Shown here piece by piece: positions 10,215 through 20,588 of a DNA stretch of 64,000 nucleotides. The position numbers and the translations under genes are program-made. Source of the DNA: a virus. The notes below the pieces were generated by a model. It saw only the letters and a program-made list of their open reading frames with translations, searched no databases and was not told where the DNA came from. Where the stretch lies: the IMG/VR virus record IMGVR_UViG_3300029305_003176; one strand, given 5' to 3'. How positions within the stretch are numbered: the stretch's first letter is position 1; each line of letters begins with the position of its first letter.

Positions 10215-11780
10215 TTAATTATTTTTATCTCTTTTTGCCTCACTAGCTTCTGATTCGTCCGTAGGTGTTTCATTCTTAGGTCTACCACCAGTTTCTTCAT
10301 CGCCGGTTGCACTGCCAGACTGAGTATGTGTAGATTGTAATGGAACAAATAAAGTTCCAAGATTTAAGCATGATTCCTCTAAGAAATTTAAAGAAATTGT
10401 GTCTTTAGCACTGAATCCATTACAAGCATTATATAGCAACTTTGTAGGCAATCCATATTCAGCAGACTTAAGTAAACTTTCTTGGAAATCCTTCTTTGTG
10501 TATACTGAAACAGGGAAGAATTTTATCTTACCTGGATTCTTAATTTGATAACTCACAAAACGTTGTACAAAAGATTCAATCTGTGGAAGAATCGAACTAA
10601 TAGCAAATTCTGTGTTTGCAATCATCGCATTTTGAAGTCCTGTTGAACCAGTAATGTTGCTTCCAATTAATAATTCAGAACCACCACTTGTATCAAGAAT
10701 AGCAGTAGTAGCCTTCTGTAAACGATTAACGTCTGTTGTTGCATCATTATCAAATGATATTGTTTTTAATTCCTTACCCGGAATTACTGCACTAGATGTA
10801 TAATCAGGAATAGCACCAGAATCTAACATTCTATTAAAATAATCCAATACGAGATCAGGTGAAACCATCCAGTCATCAACATCCTCGCCAATAGTATCCA
10901 TAGGTAAGTAAACTAACTTATACACCTGTTGTTCATCACTAATTGCTTGAATTTCAGCAAGATCCAGGAGAGAGATAAGATCTAAGAACATTGCACAGAA
11001 TGGGGGAATAACGACATCAAAATCTTCATTACGAAACTTTAAGCAAAAAGCTGAAGTATCTTCAAAATGTTGCCATTTTTCTCCACTATTTTGATAAGCA
11101 TTATACATATCTGTTAATGGCGAACCGAGTGCTTCCAATACATCTTGCCTACTACGCCAATAAGTCATATCCATAGCAAAACTAAAATCACCCGTACTGT
11201 AACGACCATCAATTCTACAGTAGTCAGGGTCAAGATTCATTAAAAACAATCCTGTCTCATCGTAGAATACACAGTAATAAGCAACGTCCTCTCTTAAAGC
11301 CATAAGAATAGCAGCAAGCATTTCTCTCTGCAATCCCATTCTATCTACAATATCAACTGTTTCATTAAATGATTTTAAAGTCTTTGTAGCATCTCCACCT
11401 TTTACTAAATCATATTCTGGTATAACAGAACGCACATCTAAACAAAAACAGTTTGCAAAGAACTTTAATAATCTAAAATAAATATGAGAACGATAGAAGA
11501 GGTATCTTGATAAACCTCTTAAGTTCTTTTCATTTGAACCAGGTGATTTTAAATAATTTCGCACTGAATCCTTGCTAAAACTAGAAATATTTCTTGTACT
11601 CGTCTTATTTACATCTCTTAAATATTTCATGCCTTCTATCTGTGCAATTTCATATCTTTGCAGTGCATCTAATCTATCCTTATTCTTCTCATAAAATTCT
11701 TTGACTTCAGCCACAGTAGGCTGTTTCTTTTCAGAAGGTGCAGTAGTAGTCACCTCAGTTTTTTTCATTTTTTGTGCCAT
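10215..11780 (-). CDS. Portal protein (SPbeta YonE-like)
   Basis: 521 aa directly after terminase; C-terminal PLQSTHTQSG..GGRP tail typical of portals. Confidence 0.85.
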   Translation of the reverse strand: MAQKMKKTEVTTTAPSEKKQPTVAEVKEFYEKNKDRLDALQRYEIAQIEGMKYLRDVNKTSTRNISSFSKDSVRNYLKSPGSNEKNLRGLSRYLFYRSHIYFRLLKFFANCFCLDVRSVIPEYDLVKGGDATKTLKSFNETVDIVDRMGLQREMLAAILMALREDVAYYCVFYDETGLFLMNLDPDYCRIDGRYSTGDFSFAMDMTYWRSRQDVLEALGSPLTDMYNAYQNSGEKWQHFEDTSAFCLKFRNEDFDVVIPPFCAMFLDLISLLDLAEIQAISDEQQVYKLVYLPMDTIGEDVDDWMVSPDLVLDYFNRMLDSGAIPDYTSSAVIPGKELKTISFDNDATTDVNRLQKATTAILDTSGGSELLIGSNITGSTGLQNAMIANTEFAISSILPQIESFVQRFVSYQIKNPGKIKFFPVSVYTKKDFQESLLKSAEYGLPTKLLYNACNGFSAKDTISLNFLEESCLNLGTLFVPLQSTHTQSGSATGDEETGGRPKNETPTDESEASEAKRDKNN

Positions 11781-11895
11781 TACGCACCTCCTTGTATTTT
11801 TATATTAAATGACCCACCGTGGTACGCATTACTAAGAGGCGTGGTGGGTTCTGTTCAAAAATTTATGTAGGTAAATTATTTATTTTTACCTATGT

Positions 11896-13653
11896 TTACT
11901 CAAATGATGATAATCGTCTCGCTGGACGAATAGTGAGTTGCTTAACTAAATTATTCGTATCTTGTTGTTTTGGTTTTAATTTAAGTTCTAACTGACAAGC
12001 ACACCAATAATTATAAGCTATACTAGAATATCTGTCCTTTCTCATTCCAGATATTTCTTTTACTTTAATATTTCCGTTTTTAACTTCATGTTCTAATTTT
12101 ATTAACTCGTATTGAGTCATTGTTGTTTGTATGTACGGCATTTTCAAAGCGTTCTGTTCTGTTAAAGAGAACTTATTGTAACTCTTAAAGGTATCACGTA
12201 ATATATCTTCGCCATCATGTTCAGATACCAAGAAATTTATTTTTCCATTTTGAATACCATTTCTCAAAAGAACACATATTTCATTGTTGAAAGCAGAGGT
12301 AGCCTTAACAGACCAAACAACTTTTTGAGCATCCTTAACTTTACAACGAGCCGCCATATCAGGGTCGTTACAACAAGTTAAAGCCTTATATGTCTCTCCG
12401 GTCTCCGGGTCGTATTGGTCTTTTATTATAAAGTCATATACTCCAAGACCTATACCATTCGTATCTAGCACAAAATCAGTACATTTGTAATGATAAAAGT
12501 ATCTCATAGCAATAATACCAAGTTCATCTGTTGTTAAACCTTCATATGTTTCTGCATATATAGGATTTGATTGATACGAAGTTTGATTAGTTTGAACTAA
12601 ATTATTAATGAAAAATGCAGCAGCATCGTTTTTCTTTTTCTTTGATGAAGCCATTAAAGCAACGTCCAAAGATAATATTCGTTTCTCGGCAGCACTTACT
12701 GATGGAACTCTAATTTTGTCGTTATAGAATTTAAGTGGATAGAAAGCATTTTTAATTTTTCTACATTTCCCAAATTCATCAAATTTAAATAAGCTTCCAT
12801 CTGTATCACCAAACCATAAGCATTCCATTTCCATCTGTTGTACAAGTTCATTATAATCTGCTTCGCTCATTTCATCTTGTAACTGCTCACGAGATAGTAG
12901 ATTTTCAAGTATACTTATTTGATAAGGTAAACCACATATAAAATATTTTTTTACATCGTCAAAGAAGTTAAGAGTATAGCTTTGAGCTTTTTTCCATGCC
13001 CATGAACTTTTAAAGTAAGCACTGGACATATAAATTTCTTTATTTCTTTCTGTTAAATGTGCATATTCTGGTTTGTTCAAATATTTAGGATGGCGAGGGC
13101 TTGTTAAGAATTTTCTTAATACAGTATTTATAACTGTTTCATCAACCATTCTAAATTCATCAACAACAATAATGTTAGCTCTCGCAGATCTTGAATTCTC
13201 AGAACTAGTACGAGTTTTTATCCAAGAGGTGTTTTTAAATGATATTGTCGCATCGTTCTGGCCAATGTTGCATTTCTCAATTTCACTCCGTAAAATCGCT
13301 GATTGTTTCATAAAGTCATCTTGAATTTTTAATAAAACTTCATTAGCCTGTTTTAAAGTTCCTGAACTAACAACAATTTTTGTTCCAGGGAACAATATAC
13401 ACCTAACAACACAAAAGAGGGCGGTAAGATAGGTTTTTCCTTGACCTCTTGCTGCAAGATACATCATAAAATTATAATGCATCATTGCATATATCAAAAT
13501 CTTTTGAAATAATTTCAAATGAATACCCAATACATCAGAAACAAATCTCTGTGGATTGGCTCTATAATAGGCACATCTCCAAGCAACAGTGTCCATAATT
13601 TTTTGTGCCTTATCACGCTCAACATCTTTTACGGTTTTTACTTGAGTAGCCAT
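11896..13653 (-). CDS. terL: Terminase large subunit (YonF-like)
   Basis: Walker A ARGQGKT, Walker B IVVDE, nuclease motifs LSLDVA, LDTNGIG, KDRYSS. Confidence 0.93.
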   Translation of the reverse strand: MATQVKTVKDVERDKAQKIMDTVAWRCAYYRANPQRFVSDVLGIHLKLFQKILIYAMMHYNFMMYLAARGQGKTYLTALFCVVRCILFPGTKIVVSSGTLKQANEVLLKIQDDFMKQSAILRSEIEKCNIGQNDATISFKNTSWIKTRTSSENSRSARANIIVVDEFRMVDETVINTVLRKFLTSPRHPKYLNKPEYAHLTERNKEIYMSSAYFKSSWAWKKAQSYTLNFFDDVKKYFICGLPYQISILENLLSREQLQDEMSEADYNELVQQMEMECLWFGDTDGSLFKFDEFGKCRKIKNAFYPLKFYNDKIRVPSVSAAEKRILSLDVALMASSKKKKNDAAAFFINNLVQTNQTSYQSNPIYAETYEGLTTDELGIIAMRYFYHYKCTDFVLDTNGIGLGVYDFIIKDQYDPETGETYKALTCCNDPDMAARCKVKDAQKVVWSVKATSAFNNEICVLLRNGIQNGKINFLVSEHDGEDILRDTFKSYNKFSLTEQNALKMPYIQTTMTQYELIKLEHEVKNGNIKVKEISGMRKDRYSSIAYNYWCACQLELKLKPKQQDTNNLVKQLTIRPARRLSSFE

Positions 13654-14717
13654 TATTCCTCGTCTATCTTTGACCCAAATATTTGGTCAAATAGTGCTTC
13701 TGAATCTACATCTTCATCATACTGTGGCTTGGTCACAGTGTACTTTCTAATAAATCTTTCATAGAGAGAAGAAAAAGCATTCTTTAATCCCATCATCTTA
13801 GATAAGTGGCCTTTAAAGAATACATCAATATATAGACCTATTTTATCAACATCTCTAAATTCTTCATCTGGTTCAGGGATTGGCTTTTCGTCTTCCCATT
13901 TTGCAATTAATTGTCCAAATGTCTGAAAATCTGCCAAAGAATCGGAATTAGACTGAGATGGTTTTACAGATAAAGAACCCATTAATTCTTGTAATGTCTT
14001 ATCTAATTCTTTTGTATCTTTTCCTGTTTTTTGTGCTTTATCTATTTCTAGTTCTTTGAAACATATTCTCTTAAACAACAATTCCTGTGCTTTATTTTCA
14101 CATGCATATCTTGTTGTCCAATCTTGATATTCGGTTTCTAAAAACATATAGTCTTCATTAGAATACCCTGAGCCGAATCTTTTCTTGGCTGCTTTTATAG
14201 TTTTAGCATTAATCTTAGTTTCTTCTTCTTCGGTTATAACACCTAGTTCAAATTCACTATCTACCCAAGTTTTATTTTTATACTGCGGCAAAGACTTTAA
14301 TGGAACAAGATAGGCAAGAAAAGGTGCTTTCCTATTTTTCTCATTAACTTCATCTGCAACAGTTTTACAAGCAGATTCATATAAATCATCTATGTATGGA
14401 AGATTCATTTTTTGAAGCATGCGCTTAACTGAATCTTTGGTTTCATTTGCTTTGTCGTTTTTTTTATCTCTTTGCTCAACTTCAGCAAGAATACATTTTT
14501 TGCATTGTGGGAATACACCAATAGCGTATTTGTTGGAAGAATAAAAGTTTTCACGACTTATAAATTCTCCACATTTAGGACAAAGAATATAATCCTGTTC
14601 TATAACTTTATTATAATCACGAGCCAAATCGTTGTAAGACTTCTTAACATTGGCTACGGTTAATTTTTTAATCTCTTCTTCGGTTTTAGCTTGTCTTAAA
14701 TATGCCATAACCAACAT
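13653..14717 (-). CDS. Zn-finger protein upstream of terminase (YonG-like; possible small terminase)
   Basis: CPKC..CKKC; overlaps the terL start. Confidence 0.6.
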   Translation of the reverse strand: MLVMAYLRQAKTEEEIKKLTVANVKKSYNDLARDYNKVIEQDYILCPKCGEFISRENFYSSNKYAIGVFPQCKKCILAEVEQRDKKNDKANETKDSVKRMLQKMNLPYIDDLYESACKTVADEVNEKNRKAPFLAYLVPLKSLPQYKNKTWVDSEFELGVITEEEETKINAKTIKAAKKRFGSGYSNEDYMFLETEYQDWTTRYACENKAQELLFKRICFKELEIDKAQKTGKDTKELDKTLQELMGSLSVKPSQSNSDSLADFQTFGQLIAKWEDEKPIPEPDEEFRDVDKIGLYIDVFFKGHLSKMMGLKNAFSSLYERFIRKYTVTKPQYDEDVDSEALFDQIFGSKIDEE

Positions 14718-14742
14718 TCCTCCTTTTATTCTTTTTAATCAA

Positions 14743-14816
14743 ATGGATAGGTGGGACTCGAACCCACGACAACGTGATCCCAAATCACGCATTCTACCAA
14801 ACTGAATTACTACCCA
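14743..14816 (-). tRNA. tRNA-Pro(TGG)
   Basis: Acceptor TGGGTAG/CTATCCA, anticodon arm CGTGA-TTTGGGA-TCACG, T-loop TTCGAGT. Confidence 0.92.
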
Positions 14817-14822
14817 ATATAT

Positions 14823-15062
14823 CTACACACATTTATGAAATGTGCGAGAAATTACATCATCTTGTTGTTCCTTTGTAAGCTTAATGAAGTTAACTGCGTA
14901 TCCTGAAACACGAATAGTTAACTGCGGATATTTCTCAGGGTGCTTCTGAGCGTCAAGAAGAGTATCTCTATTAAAAACATTAACATTAAGGTGATGACCA
15001 CCACTTGTCATATATCCATCTAATAAGGATATCAAATTATCAATCTGTGCTTTCTTTGCCAT
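14823..15062 (-). CDS. grcA: Autonomous glycyl radical cofactor
   Basis: 79 aa with GGHHLNVNV and [15 protein letters not shown], the PFL C-terminal glycyl radical loop. Confidence 0.92.
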   Translation of the reverse strand: MAKKAQIDNLISLLDGYMTSGGHHLNVNVFNRDTLLDAQKHPEKYPQLTIRVSGYAVNFIKLTKEQQDDVISRTFHKCV

Positions 15063-15136
15063 TTTTAATCATATCCTTTCAATAAAAATAGGAGAGTAGC
15101 GATAACCATTCGATAAGCCACTCTCCAAACATATTT

Positions 15137-15421
15137 TTATTGTATACAATCCCTTATAACCACTTGCTTTTGCAAATTGTCGTACTCATCAAATTTCTCC
15201 CAGTCAACTAAATAGCCTTTAGGCTCTATGAAACCTGTCCAATCATAGTAATAATCTTCATACTTAAATATAAAATGCCCATATATAACATCATAATAAA
15301 TTGTGCCACTTGGAAATCTATCTTTAAGAATGAGAGAAAAGTAATAACAATTTCCACTCAACCAGTTACAATCGGTTGGAAATCTGCGTTTTATAAATTC
15401 TAAAATTTTAGTCATAGCCAT
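15137..15421 (-). CDS. Hypothetical protein
   Basis: GNCYYF..GHF..YYDWTG conserved-looking pattern. Confidence 0.65.
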   Translation of the reverse strand: MAMTKILEFIKRRFPTDCNWLSGNCYYFSLILKDRFPSGTIYYDVIYGHFIFKYEDYYYDWTGFIEPKGYLVDWEKFDEYDNLQKQVVIRDCIQ

Positions 15422-15432
15422 TACCCCTATTG

Positions 15433-16494
15433 TTAAGCATATCTAAAACGATATCCTTGAACAGTTTTGCTTATACCTTTACATACCTTAGAAATAGCAC
15501 TGGGATCATTAATGTCCAAATCTTTTGCGGCGCTACTTATAGACACATATTTCTTAATATCATTGCCTTTATTATCTATCAAAACAACGGCAGTCCATTT
15601 TCGATGTTCGAATTTAATTGGTTGAGTTATATCATAATTTTCAGGTAATCTACGCCATATAAATCCACCTGCGGTGTCTATATTCCCTGATATGCAATTT
15701 GATATAGATGAATTACGTATTTTTGTAATACGACTAGCCTCATTAATAGAAATAAAGCGCTCCACATATTTTCCTGCCAAATCAAATTTATAGATATATA
15801 GAATTTCGATGGGTTCTATTTTGTCTTTATAATTATACGACCATTGAAAACCTTGGTAAGTTTTTTGTTTTTTACGACAACACTTTGAAATTCCACTAAC
15901 TCCAATATGATTTTCTTCTGCTGCAATTTTAATACTCGGATATCTATTTATAAAATTTCCACATACATCATATTGATAAACCATATTCGATGCATGTAAT
16001 TCTCCACGTGATCGTATTGGTTCTATCTTATCCATATGGTATAATTTCCATTGATATCCATATGCATAATGTATTTTTTCATCACAACACTGTCTTACGG
16101 CAGGTTGCTGAGATTTAGGTATTTCAGTTATATCATTAATTTTACAAACAAAATTACCATCTAAGTCATATTTATAAATATTTTTATATTTGATCACTGG
16201 GTTACCTGCGCCACCAGCAGATATATTGTAACCGTATTTAGGATTATTAGAGTTGTAGTAAGCAATTAAAGATATTTCTTCAAAATCTGCTTCTTCTTTA
16301 CTTAAATGCTCCTTTAACACTTTATGTTCAAAATTATCCCAACCATATTTCTGAATCGCTTTATAAAAATATGTACAACTGACATAGCCGTTCCCATTAT
16401 CCCATCTATGTTCTAGACGCTGCTTTGTTTGCCCTATATAAACTTTTCCGTTTATTTTGTTTTTGTGCATATAAATTTTATAGTTATTTTTCAT
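15433..16494 (-). CDS. GIY-YIG homing endonuclease with NUMOD1 repeats
   Basis: YKIYMHKNKINGKVYIGQT, KYGYN; repeated TAGGFIW/TYQGFQW. Confidence 0.9.
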   Translation of the reverse strand: MKNNYKIYMHKNKINGKVYIGQTKQRLEHRWDNGNGYVSCTYFYKAIQKYGWDNFEHKVLKEHLSKEEADFEEISLIAYYNSNNPKYGYNISAGGAGNPVIKYKNIYKYDLDGNFVCKINDITEIPKSQQPAVRQCCDEKIHYAYGYQWKLYHMDKIEPIRSRGELHASNMVYQYDVCGNFINRYPSIKIAAEENHIGVSGISKCCRKKQKTYQGFQWSYNYKDKIEPIEILYIYKFDLAGKYVERFISINEASRITKIRNSSISNCISGNIDTAGGFIWRRLPENYDITQPIKFEHRKWTAVVLIDNKGNDIKKYVSISSAAKDLDINDPSAISKVCKGISKTVQGYRFRYA

Positions 16495-16513
16495 ATTTCC
16501 TCCAATCTTTTGT

Positions 16514-16586
16514 ATTGAAGGCAGAGATAGGAGAGTATGAACCGTCCCACTTTAACTCTTTACCAGATTCTCCATCCGGCCTATAT
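16514..16586 (-). ncRNA. Structured leader element, copy B (upstream of GIY-YIG gene)
   Basis: Near-identical to 10136-10208; its 3' CCTTCAAT can pair with the gene's ATTGGAGG RBS. Confidence 0.6.
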
Positions 16587-16627
16587 ATTTTTTTTGCATA
16601 TAAAAAGAGCCGGTAATTAACCGACTC

Positions 16628-17827
16628 TTAATTCAATTCTACATTATAAATTGCGTCTATTCCATTTTCAGAACATACCAACACGGTTTGATTTGCTTTT
16701 CCACTAAGTCTCTGAGACAATGTATAATCATCGCCCCCTCCTGCGAGACTACCGCTTTGAATATATTTAACACCATTGAATTCTTGATATGCAGGAGTAT
16801 GCCTATGACCACCAATAATTGCATAAGGAAAGAATCCCAACATCATGCAAAGTTTTCCTACGGCATTAGAATTCATAGCATCGTTATCACCGTGAACACC
16901 AATATAGGTTTTACCTCTTACAGATAAATCAGATATTCCTGAATCCAAATTCCTATGTAAAACAACAATATTTTCAATGTGTTTAGTAGTTTGTTCTACA
17001 ATCCAAGTAATCAAACTGTCAAGACGCTCATCTTTAATATCTTTTTCTTTATTAGATATAAGCCTGCTATGATTACCTGCAACTCCAATAATAAATATAC
17101 GTTTAAAATATTTATTTAATTCAACTGCAAAATTAGTAATTAATTCTGCGGTTAATTTAACTTGTTCTATCACATTTTCTCTATTAGAAACCTGAATACT
17201 TAAATGAATATTTCCGGAAATTTGATCTCCTAATAAATTTAAATAAACGTTTTCAGAATTATGTCTTCTTCCGATTTTAACAATTTCTAATAAATAATCA
17301 TCTAATCTGTTTCTAGCAATAGAAGTATTGTATTCTCCAAAACAAGAACTAAATGTCTGACCTATATGTAAATCACTAAGGCAGCAAATTAAATCATTGT
17401 CACTATTAATTTCTACATTAGCACAATCAGTAAACTCAACCTTGCCGATTTCACAAAGTTTTTCTTCTAATAATTCTAATGTTTCCTCAATTCTTGAATC
17501 AGCATAATTCTGTCTATTCCAAGCATTACGTTGATCTCTAAATTTAATTGTATTTCTAGCAAGTTCCCTATTTAAAGCATCAAGTTTTTCTTGGTATTCA
17601 CTAGATTCCATTTTAGAAAAACATCCGTCATAAAACTTCTTTGCCGCCTGATAGCGTTTCCTAAACGAACTTTCATCTCTCCATTTGTCTTCGTCAATAC
17701 CAAGTTCTTTATTTATAATATCATTAATAGATGACCAACTTTCTATTTGACCAGAATCAATCATCTGGCCTATTTTCCACAAGAACTGTTCTTCAGTTTC
17801 TTCTGGTAATTTCTTAATATCTATCAA
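16628..17827 (-). CDS. Calcineurin-like metallophosphoesterase (YonJ-like)
   Basis: SDLHIG, LGDQISG, GNHSR, HGD, GHRH. Confidence 0.85.
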   Translation of the reverse strand: MIDIKKLPEETEEQFLWKIGQMIDSGQIESWSSINDIINKELGIDEDKWRDESSFRKRYQAAKKFYDGCFSKMESSEYQEKLDALNRELARNTIKFRDQRNAWNRQNYADSRIEETLELLEEKLCEIGKVEFTDCANVEINSDNDLICCLSDLHIGQTFSSCFGEYNTSIARNRLDDYLLEIVKIGRRHNSENVYLNLLGDQISGNIHLSIQVSNRENVIEQVKLTAELITNFAVELNKYFKRIFIIGVAGNHSRLISNKEKDIKDERLDSLITWIVEQTTKHIENIVVLHRNLDSGISDLSVRGKTYIGVHGDNDAMNSNAVGKLCMMLGFFPYAIIGGHRHTPAYQEFNGVKYIQSGSLAGGGDDYTLSQRLSGKANQTVLVCSENGIDAIYNVELN

Positions 17828-17879
17828 ATCCTATTCCTCCAATAAAATAGGAGAGCAGTAGTTGCTCTCCATCAATATA

Positions 17880-18086
17880 TTATTCTTCGTCTGTTTCCTT
17901 AACTTCTGGTTCAATAATTTCATCAGACTTGGCAGTAGTAGACAAATCAAACGACATATCTCCATAAACACTAGCAAGTAAAACTGCCAAATCAAGTATT
18001 TCTCCATCCACATCAACAAACTTACCATTTACAATTTGCAAACCTTTTATTTTACCTGTATAATTAATCTGCTTTTTAAATTCCAT
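17880..18086 (-). CDS. Small protein (YonK-like position)
   Basis: 68 aa with RBS AAGGAG; lies just upstream of the YonJ-like gene. Confidence 0.55.
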   Translation of the reverse strand: MEFKKQINYTGKIKGLQIVNGKFVDVDGEILDLAVLLASVYGDMSFDLSTTAKSDEIIEPEVKETDEE

Positions 18087-18175
18087 AATAATTCTCCTTA
18101 TTTTCCTATTTTTATATTGACACTATATAAATAATGTGATAGTATGATATATGTGAAAAAATACACATTTGCTTT

Positions 18176-18796
18176 TTAAAAAATATCTTCAAAACTTTCA
18201 ACTAATTTATTTACAACACTGTATTTAATAAGCTCTTCACTAGTTAAATACCAATCCTTAGATTTATTTTTATTGAATGTCTTCTCATCAATAGTAGTTC
18301 TTTCAAGAATATAAGACTTCATTTCTTCAATTTGTCTCTTATAATTCTTTTGGGCCATTTCAATTTGTTCGGCAGTTCCAGAGAATGCAGCAGAACCTTC
18401 GTGAACCATTAAGTTTGAATGTCTGAAAGTATATCTCTTATGACCAGATAAGAAAATCATAAATCCGGCACTCATTGCCACACCCATAGCAATAGTAATA
18501 ATAGGGATTCTACTTGCAGACACAATATCAATCAGACTGTTTGCCTGCTCTAAATCACCGCCATATGAATGTATCCAAAGATAAATAGGTTTTAATTCTT
18601 CCTTTGGAATATCCTTTTCTTCTATATTCATCTGAATGATAACCTTACCTAGTTCAACCAAGTTATACATTTCGTCTATTTCATAATCAATATAGAATGT
18701 TCTATTTTCTCTTGCCTTCCAATATGTATATTGTTCTGGAGATAAATATTTTTCATTTTCTGCTCCAGATAAAATTTCAGGTATTAATATATCCAT
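18176..18796 (-). CDS. ClpP-family protease
   Basis: IHSYGGD, AMSAG (catalytic Ser), MVHE (His), KDWYL (Asp); ATG 18796 after AAGGAG. Confidence 0.88.
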   Translation of the reverse strand: MDILIPEILSGAENEKYLSPEQYTYWKARENRTFYIDYEIDEMYNLVELGKVIIQMNIEEKDIPKEELKPIYLWIHSYGGDLEQANSLIDIVSASRIPIITIAMGVAMSAGFMIFLSGHKRYTFRHSNLMVHEGSAAFSGTAEQIEMAQKNYKRQIEEMKSYILERTTIDEKTFNKNKSKDWYLTSEELIKYSVVNKLVESFEDIF

Positions 18797-18885
18797 ATTC
18801 TTTTTCTCCTTATTTTCCTTATTTGTCTCACGACATAAAAACACCCGCACAAATCTAATTAGAAATGCACGGATGTTATAAAATT

Positions 18886-20118
18886 TTAATCTAATAATTC
18901 TGCCATTTCAGCAGTTTCACTACGTTCTGTTTTGTCTAATTTAACAAAACCAAATTTAGGATGTCCCTTTAAACAATTAATTGCAGACATAAGACCATTG
19001 TTCATTCTAAACACAGGGCTATCTGTTTGTTTAAAATCGCCATTCATCCATAATACAGAACCTTCTCCAATTCTTGAAATAAGTAATTGGACTTGATTCT
19101 TAGTTAAATTTTCTGCTTCAGATACATATACAATCGAATTTAAATAAGTTCTACCACGAATAAATCCAAGATGTTCTACTACAATATTGCCTTGCATCAT
19201 TTGGAACTCCAATCCCTGTTGTCCACCTAGGTGATCTGCGAGAGCAGCGGTGAACGGTGCAAGTTTTTCTTCCATAGTACCTGGGAGAAAACCAATATCA
19301 TGAGAATCTGAAATTCCTATTGGATTTCTAATATAAATTAATCTATCATATTTCCCTTGTTTAATCATATCCAAAGCATTAGAAATCATTAAGAAGTCTT
19401 TGCCACTTCCCCATTTGCCCGACAAGATTTTGATAGTTGTATCTTTATTTTGAAGCATATCAAATGATAAAACTTGTGCGTTATTTCTAGGTTTTATCTT
19501 TCCTAAAAAATCATTATTAAGTTGTTTATAAGACATTGCTTTGTGTGTGCTTCCATCCCAACGTCTATTATCTTTAATATTACCATCGGCATCTTTAATA
19601 ACTAAATATTGATTGGGTATTAAATCATATATATTCTCATCAATATGTGAATAAAAATAACCCATTTCATTGTCGTTCATATTTACTTCTTTATAACCAA
19701 TATATTCTTCCCCCTCTACAAGGTTGAGTTCATCTATGCCTTTGGTTGGTAATTTAAATATATTCTTTGAAATAAATTTTACATTAATATCATCAGAAAC
19801 AACGATAATAGGATTTTCTTTGTTATAGTAATAAGCCGAAGCTAATATTAAATTGTCCGGGGTCTCATCTAAATCAAACCCATATAAATAATTTTTAATC
19901 TCACTATTTATAATAACTACATCATATTTGTCATCTTGTTCATCAAGCAGTCTAGCAATTTTTCTTGCTTTATATTTAATTTCGTTATCTTTTGTAGAAG
20001 AAGATTTAATCTTTTCTAATTCTTCAAGTGTTTTTTGAGAGATTACAAATTGTTCATTAAAAGCCTTATCTTGTAAATTGAGTAAGGCGTTAGTATCTAG
20101 AAATAATTGATACTTCAT
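18886..20118 (-). CDS. phoH: PIN-domain PhoH-family protein
   Basis: N-terminal LDTNAL..EELE..DNLI..SDD (PIN); GKWGSGKD, IGFLPG, FIRGRT, EAEN, NGDFKQ. Confidence 0.9.
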   Translation of the reverse strand: MKYQLFLDTNALLNLQDKAFNEQFVISQKTLEELEKIKSSSTKDNEIKYKARKIARLLDEQDDKYDVVIINSEIKNYLYGFDLDETPDNLILASAYYYNKENPIIVVSDDINVKFISKNIFKLPTKGIDELNLVEGEEYIGYKEVNMNDNEMGYFYSHIDENIYDLIPNQYLVIKDADGNIKDNRRWDGSTHKAMSYKQLNNDFLGKIKPRNNAQVLSFDMLQNKDTTIKILSGKWGSGKDFLMISNALDMIKQGKYDRLIYIRNPIGISDSHDIGFLPGTMEEKLAPFTAALADHLGGQQGLEFQMMQGNIVVEHLGFIRGRTYLNSIVYVSEAENLTKNQVQLLISRIGEGSVLWMNGDFKQTDSPVFRMNNGLMSAINCLKGHPKFGFVKLDKTERSETAEMAELLD

Positions 20119-20157
20119 ATCTCACCAACTTTCTATTAATATTTAACTATTTAATTG

Positions 20158-20322
20158 TTAGCGAGTTACGCTTTTTCTGTACTTTGAAAGAAGATTCAAT
20201 ACTTTGTCGCACTCGGTAGCATAATAGGTACCTTTGTTGCTATACGTCTTGTGGAGTTCTTGTTTCCACTTACAACCTTTACTTTCTAAATATTGTCCTT
20301 CTTGTTTTGTAATTTTAATCAA
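20158..20322 (-). CDS. Small hypothetical protein (54 aa, below ORF-track cutoff)
   Basis: TTG start after GAGGA; MIKITKQEGQYLESKG... Confidence 0.55.
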   Translation of the reverse strand: MIKITKQEGQYLESKGCKWKQELHKTYSNKGTYYATECDKVLNLLSKYRKSVTR

Positions 20323-20367
20323 TTTTCATTCCTCTTTTTTCTTAATATTTCCCTAATGGGATAGTAA

Positions 20368-20439
20368 CGACTCTAGAGGTAGTCGAAACCTCATCTCCTG
20401 ATAGACAGTCAGGTATCATAACCGTTAGACCATAGAGCC
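20368..20439 (-). tRNA. tRNA-Asp(GTC)
   Basis: Acceptor GGCTCTA/TAGAGTC, anticodon arm CCTGA-CTGTCTA-TCAGG. Confidence 0.9.
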
Positions 20440-20588
20440 AAATAACAAGGCGCAAATATAAATTGTAGTACTTGTTATATAATTTAAAAAGTAGTTTTAT
20501 ATAGCTGTTTACGCCTTTAATACAAGATACATAATTTGTTCTTCCACCTAGAAATAAGAATATCATTAATTGCTGATTGTATCTTAAG

